Source: Orbicella franksi (lineage: Eukaryota). Taken from it: 64,000 nucleotides of DNA. Positions 61,507-64,000 of the stretch are shown piece by piece (the stretch's first letter is position 1; each line of letters starts with the position of its first letter). The stretch covers positions 13,516,001 through 13,580,000 of the forward strand of contig OZ116702.1 of the NCBI GenBank assembly GCA_964199315.1. Direction: 5' to 3'. The position numbers were made by a program, and so were the translations under genes. Under the pieces are notes generated by a model, which was given only the letters and a program-made list of their open reading frames with translations, did not search any database and was not told where the DNA came from.

Positions 61507-64000
61507 ATGGTGAACTGTTGTGTCCCTGGATGTACGAATTATTCAGCAAAAAGTAGTAAAACAGCAGACATAAGCTACCACAAGTTCCCATCGGACAAGC
61601 AGCGAAGGAAAATATGGATGGAGAGGATATGCCACCAGTGCAATACAGCTATGTTTGCAGTGCCCATTTTTTGCCAAGCTGTTTCGAGGTCAATATCCAT
61701 TCGCAGATTACGGGACAGAAGTGTAAACGAAGACTGAAGGAGGACGCTGTACTGTCTGAGTTTGATTATGGCATGAGGCCAAAAAACCACGATTGTCAAG
61801 CAAAAATTGCCTTGAACGACGAAGACATGAAGAAGTTAGTATTCTATAATATTCTACATGCTTTCATTTCTGCTGCATACGTCTCGTTGTCCAATTTAAT
61901 ACACACTGCCATTTGTCTGCCTAATTCAGCTGATCTAATGCTTGTTTATTGGTATCATGAGAATGAGGATCTGTCCTAGCGAGAACATGCTTTGTTTTGA
62001 TTTTTCAATGCTTTGATAGTGTTCTTGAAAAATTGTGGCGGCAAATCATCACAGGGTATAATTAAACTGGCCTACTGATTATCAAACGCCTATGCTCTTA
62101 TTTATTGATTGCTTTGTTTATTTGTCAAAATAAAGGTCACCCTTTTTACACCTGACCTTCTGCTTTGTTCTAATTCATCATCCACAAACTAACTAGGAAT
62201 ATAATACAGCAAGCTATGTCTTGTTGGTTTTGTTCTCCCATCAACAAAATTACTTCAATATTCATATCGGGGCAATAAATGTTTTATAATGGTTTTCCAC
62301 TCACAGTTCCTTTGTTTTGTTATTATCCTTCTCAAGAGAAAAATGTTGTGCTGGACTATTCTACATGTACATGTATATAACTGAAGTGCAATTCCCATTC
62401 GAAAAGAGGAGAACTAGAATCTATACACTTTTTCACTTTTTTGTTAGGCTGTTGTAGAACTATTACTGACTGCCCAAAATGATGACAGCTCTTCCCAAGA
62501 TGGTTTAATAAGTAATGAGGAATCTGTCCTTGGTGATAACAAACCTAACCATGACCCCCCTGCACGACCACAGATGCATGACATTGGAATTCAATGCTGT
62601 TTTGACCCTATATGCTATAAAACTGTTGAAACTCAAACAGATCAAATGGGTAATGCATCTAACAATGTTTCTAAGAGGACAAGCAATGAGCTTCCCTTAC
62701 CTGGTCAAGATGGGGCACATGTTTCATTCCATGCAGAAGAATCAAAAGTTAAGCATGACCACAGTTATGCCATGCAGCCACCCCCTTATGTAATTTTCCC
62801 TACATATGAGGATGACAGCTTCAATGCTATCTCACCACCTCCACTGTATGAAGTAGTTGTTTTGAGAACAACTACTGAGGATGATGAAAGTGTTCTGGGC
62901 AATGAGAATGGTGATGACAGCGATGATGATGATGATGATGAGGATGATGATGATGAGGACGATAGAGATGATGAAGACCTAGATCCCCATTGGTTACCTG
63001 GTGAAGAAAAATGTACTGATGACGACAACTTATTGCCTAAAGATGAAGATGATGGGGACTGTACATCTAGCACACCCGACTGTGAAAATAAATACCTGGT
63101 GTTTCATTCATGTCTCAATAAGTTGCTAAAAAGGTGTCCCGACTGTGGAGATGTGATAATACAACATGAGAGGAAAACAATTGGTAGCATGCTATCAATT
63201 AAGTTAGCCTGCAACAGTGGCCACATCACTTACTGGGATTCACAGCCAGTGGTGAAAAAGAAACCCTTGGGTAACCTGTTGATGGCAGCATCCATTCTGT
63301 TCGCTGGTAACACCTTTGCTGCTATCAGTTGCTTCGCCTCATGTTTCAATCTCCAGTTTTTTAGCGAAAGTGTTTATTACAACACACAACAAAAGTATTT
63401 GATTCCTGTTGTTAATGAGGCATGGGAGGCTGAAAGAAGATGCCAAATTGAAAAGCTTAAAGGGAAGGCAGTTGTCAATCTTGATGGTAATGGCCATTGT
63501 GACAGTCCAGGACACTGCACCAAGTACAGCACCTACACACTCATGGATGATGACACTGGGGATGTTGTAGCTTTTAATGTTGTTCAGGTTTCTGAGGTCA
63601 CATCATCTAATGCTATGGAAAAAAGGCTTTTCCAGGTGCATAGAAATGCTGGAAAGTAAAGATGTCAACATTAGTAGGATTGCAACAGACCGTCATGTGT
63701 CCATCAGCAGTTCCATGAACAAAGACCACCCAACTATTAATCACCAGTATGATGTTTGGCACCTCTCTAAGTGGGTGGTAAAGAAGCTCACAAACAAAGC
63801 CAAACAAAAGGGTTGTGAGGAGCTATCCCCATGGATACAGTCTATTGCTAATCACCTCTGGTGGTCTGCTGCAACCTCCAATGGTAGTGTGGATCTTTTG
63901 CATGAAAAATGGAAATCAGTCTTGAATCACACTACCGACAAACATAAGTGGTCAGGGAACACCCACTTTCATGAGTGCAGTCACAGATGCATTTCATCCT
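61507..64000 (+). pseudogene. THAP-containing Kolobok-type transposase gene (spliced, frameshifted, truncated by the window edge)
   Basis: MVNCCVPGC..HKFP..VCSAHF. Exon from 62448 with CPDCG, GNLLMAASILFAG, DGNGHCDSPGHCTKY, SNAMEK, IATDRH, HQYDVWHLSK and WIQSIANHLWW. Confidence 0.82.

Noticed and set aside
205-63807. Numerous 60-130-aa antisense and alternate-frame ORFs in the track
   Set aside because: They are shadows of TE coding regions or AT-rich noise, with no recognisable motifs.

Overview
This is a eukaryotic, AT-rich window made almost entirely of transposable elements. The element families and spliced GT-AG genes suggest a cnidarian, probably a stony coral (inference only). I found no intact host gene, rRNA, tRNA or CRISPR array. 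From left to right: (1) the right part of a CMC-EnSpm (CACTA-type) element with a divergent multi-exon accessory gene; (2) a Polinton/Maverick pPolB relic; (3) a full-length L1/Tx1 LINE split by a 9.4-kb Sola transposon, which has an intact transposase, a BEN-domain cargo gene and several nested MITEs; (4) an internally deleted hAT with a 6-bp TSD; (5) a PIF/Harbinger element; (6) Penelope and MULE-like relics; (7) a 17.9-kb TTAA-flanked Kolobok-type unit holding two Gypsy elements, a TAACGG-rich element, a spliced DDE transposase whose catalytic and zinc motifs align with the RAG1/Transib core, and a spliced HTH-plus-protein-kinase gene; (8) a complete ISL2EU element (THAP-DDE plus SWIM-YqaJ) inserted into an exon encoding a RAG1-N-terminal/Chapaev-type zinc finger; (9) a THAP-Kolobok transposase running off the right edge. 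The best novelty candidates are the RAG1-core-like transposase, the HTH-kinase cargo gene and the RAG1-N-terminal-like exon recovered by removing the ISL2EU. All family assignments rest on motifs read by eye; no database search was run.
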